DNA from: Octopus sinensis
Lineage: Eukaryota
Reading direction: 5' to 3'
Assembly (NCBI RefSeq): GCF_006345805.1
Contig: NC_042998.1
Location: 100,006,001-100,070,000 of the forward strand
DNA length: 64,000 nucleotides
Part shown: one piece after another, positions 63,489-64,000 of the stretch
Numbering within the stretch: the stretch's first letter is position 1
Layout of the letters: every line of letters begins with the position of its first letter
Notes under the pieces: model-generated
Database searches by the model: none
What the model was told of the DNA's origin: nothing
The model's input: only the letters and a program-made list of their open reading frames with translations
Program-made: the position numbers and the translations under genes

Positions 63489-64000
63489 TCATCATCATCG
63501 TTTAACATCCACTTTCCATGCTGGCATGGGTTGGACGGTTTGACTGAGGACTGGCAAGCCATAAGGCTGCATCAAGCTCTAATCTAATCTGGCAAGGTTT
63601 CTACAGCTGGATGTCCTTCCTAATGCCAACCACTCCAAGAGTGTAGTGGGTGCTTTTTATGTGCCACTGGCACAGGAGCCAGTCAGGCAGCACTGGCATC
63701 AACCACACTCAATTGGTGCTTTTCACGTGCCACCAGCACGGGTGCCAGTCAGGTGACACTAGCATCAGCCACGACTATGATTTCAGTTGACTCAACAGGT
63801 CTTCTCAAATACAGCATATTGCCCAACAATTGAAGGAAACTCTTAAATGAGCCGGTTATGCAACACTGGTATTGGCCATGGCTATGATCTCACTTCACTT
63901 GTCAGGTCTTCTCCATCACAGCATATCTCCAAAGGTCTTGGTCACTTGTCATTGCCTCAGTGAGACTGAACGTATGAATGTTGTGCTTCACCACCTCATC
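63489..64000 (-). mobile_element. RTE LINE 3' end in TIMMDC1 intron, runs off window
   Basis: (CAT)n tail, core and subrepeats, then LINE 3' UTR. Confidence 0.85.

Overview
AT-rich, microsatellite- and retroelement-dense eukaryotic DNA. The SINE/RTE-LINE repertoire looks like an octopus (coleoid cephalopod) genome; this is an inference from repeat content. Three spliced genes were reconstructed by hand with GT-AG junctions and consistent phases. (1) The 3' nine coding exons of DHX34 (+, 262-14876, 393 aa of the C-terminal part). (2) A complete TAF3 (+, nine coding exons 32635-56041, 1474 aa, N-terminal histone-fold domain and C-terminal PHD finger), with a probable non-coding leader from a CpG-rich promoter at about 19.7-22.9 kb. 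(3) Two internal/3' exons of TIMMDC1 (-, 62938-63432). Introns and spacers hold RTE LINE fragments and their (CAT)n-tailed 3' ends, tRNA-derived/CORE SINEs, an internally deleted mariner element, piggyBac-type MITEs and (TA)n arrays. No rRNA, tRNA gene or CRISPR is supported. The best leads, all hypotheses needing RNA data: tandemly duplicated splice acceptors in the NMD factor DHX34 (one in-frame, one poison); a stop codon fused to AATAAA in TAF3 intron 4 (possible PHD-less TAF3); a perfect 59-bp foldback in a TAF3 intron; a candidate divergent spliced micropeptide at the TAF3 promoter; and AT-hook/H1-like motifs in the expanded TAF3 middle region.
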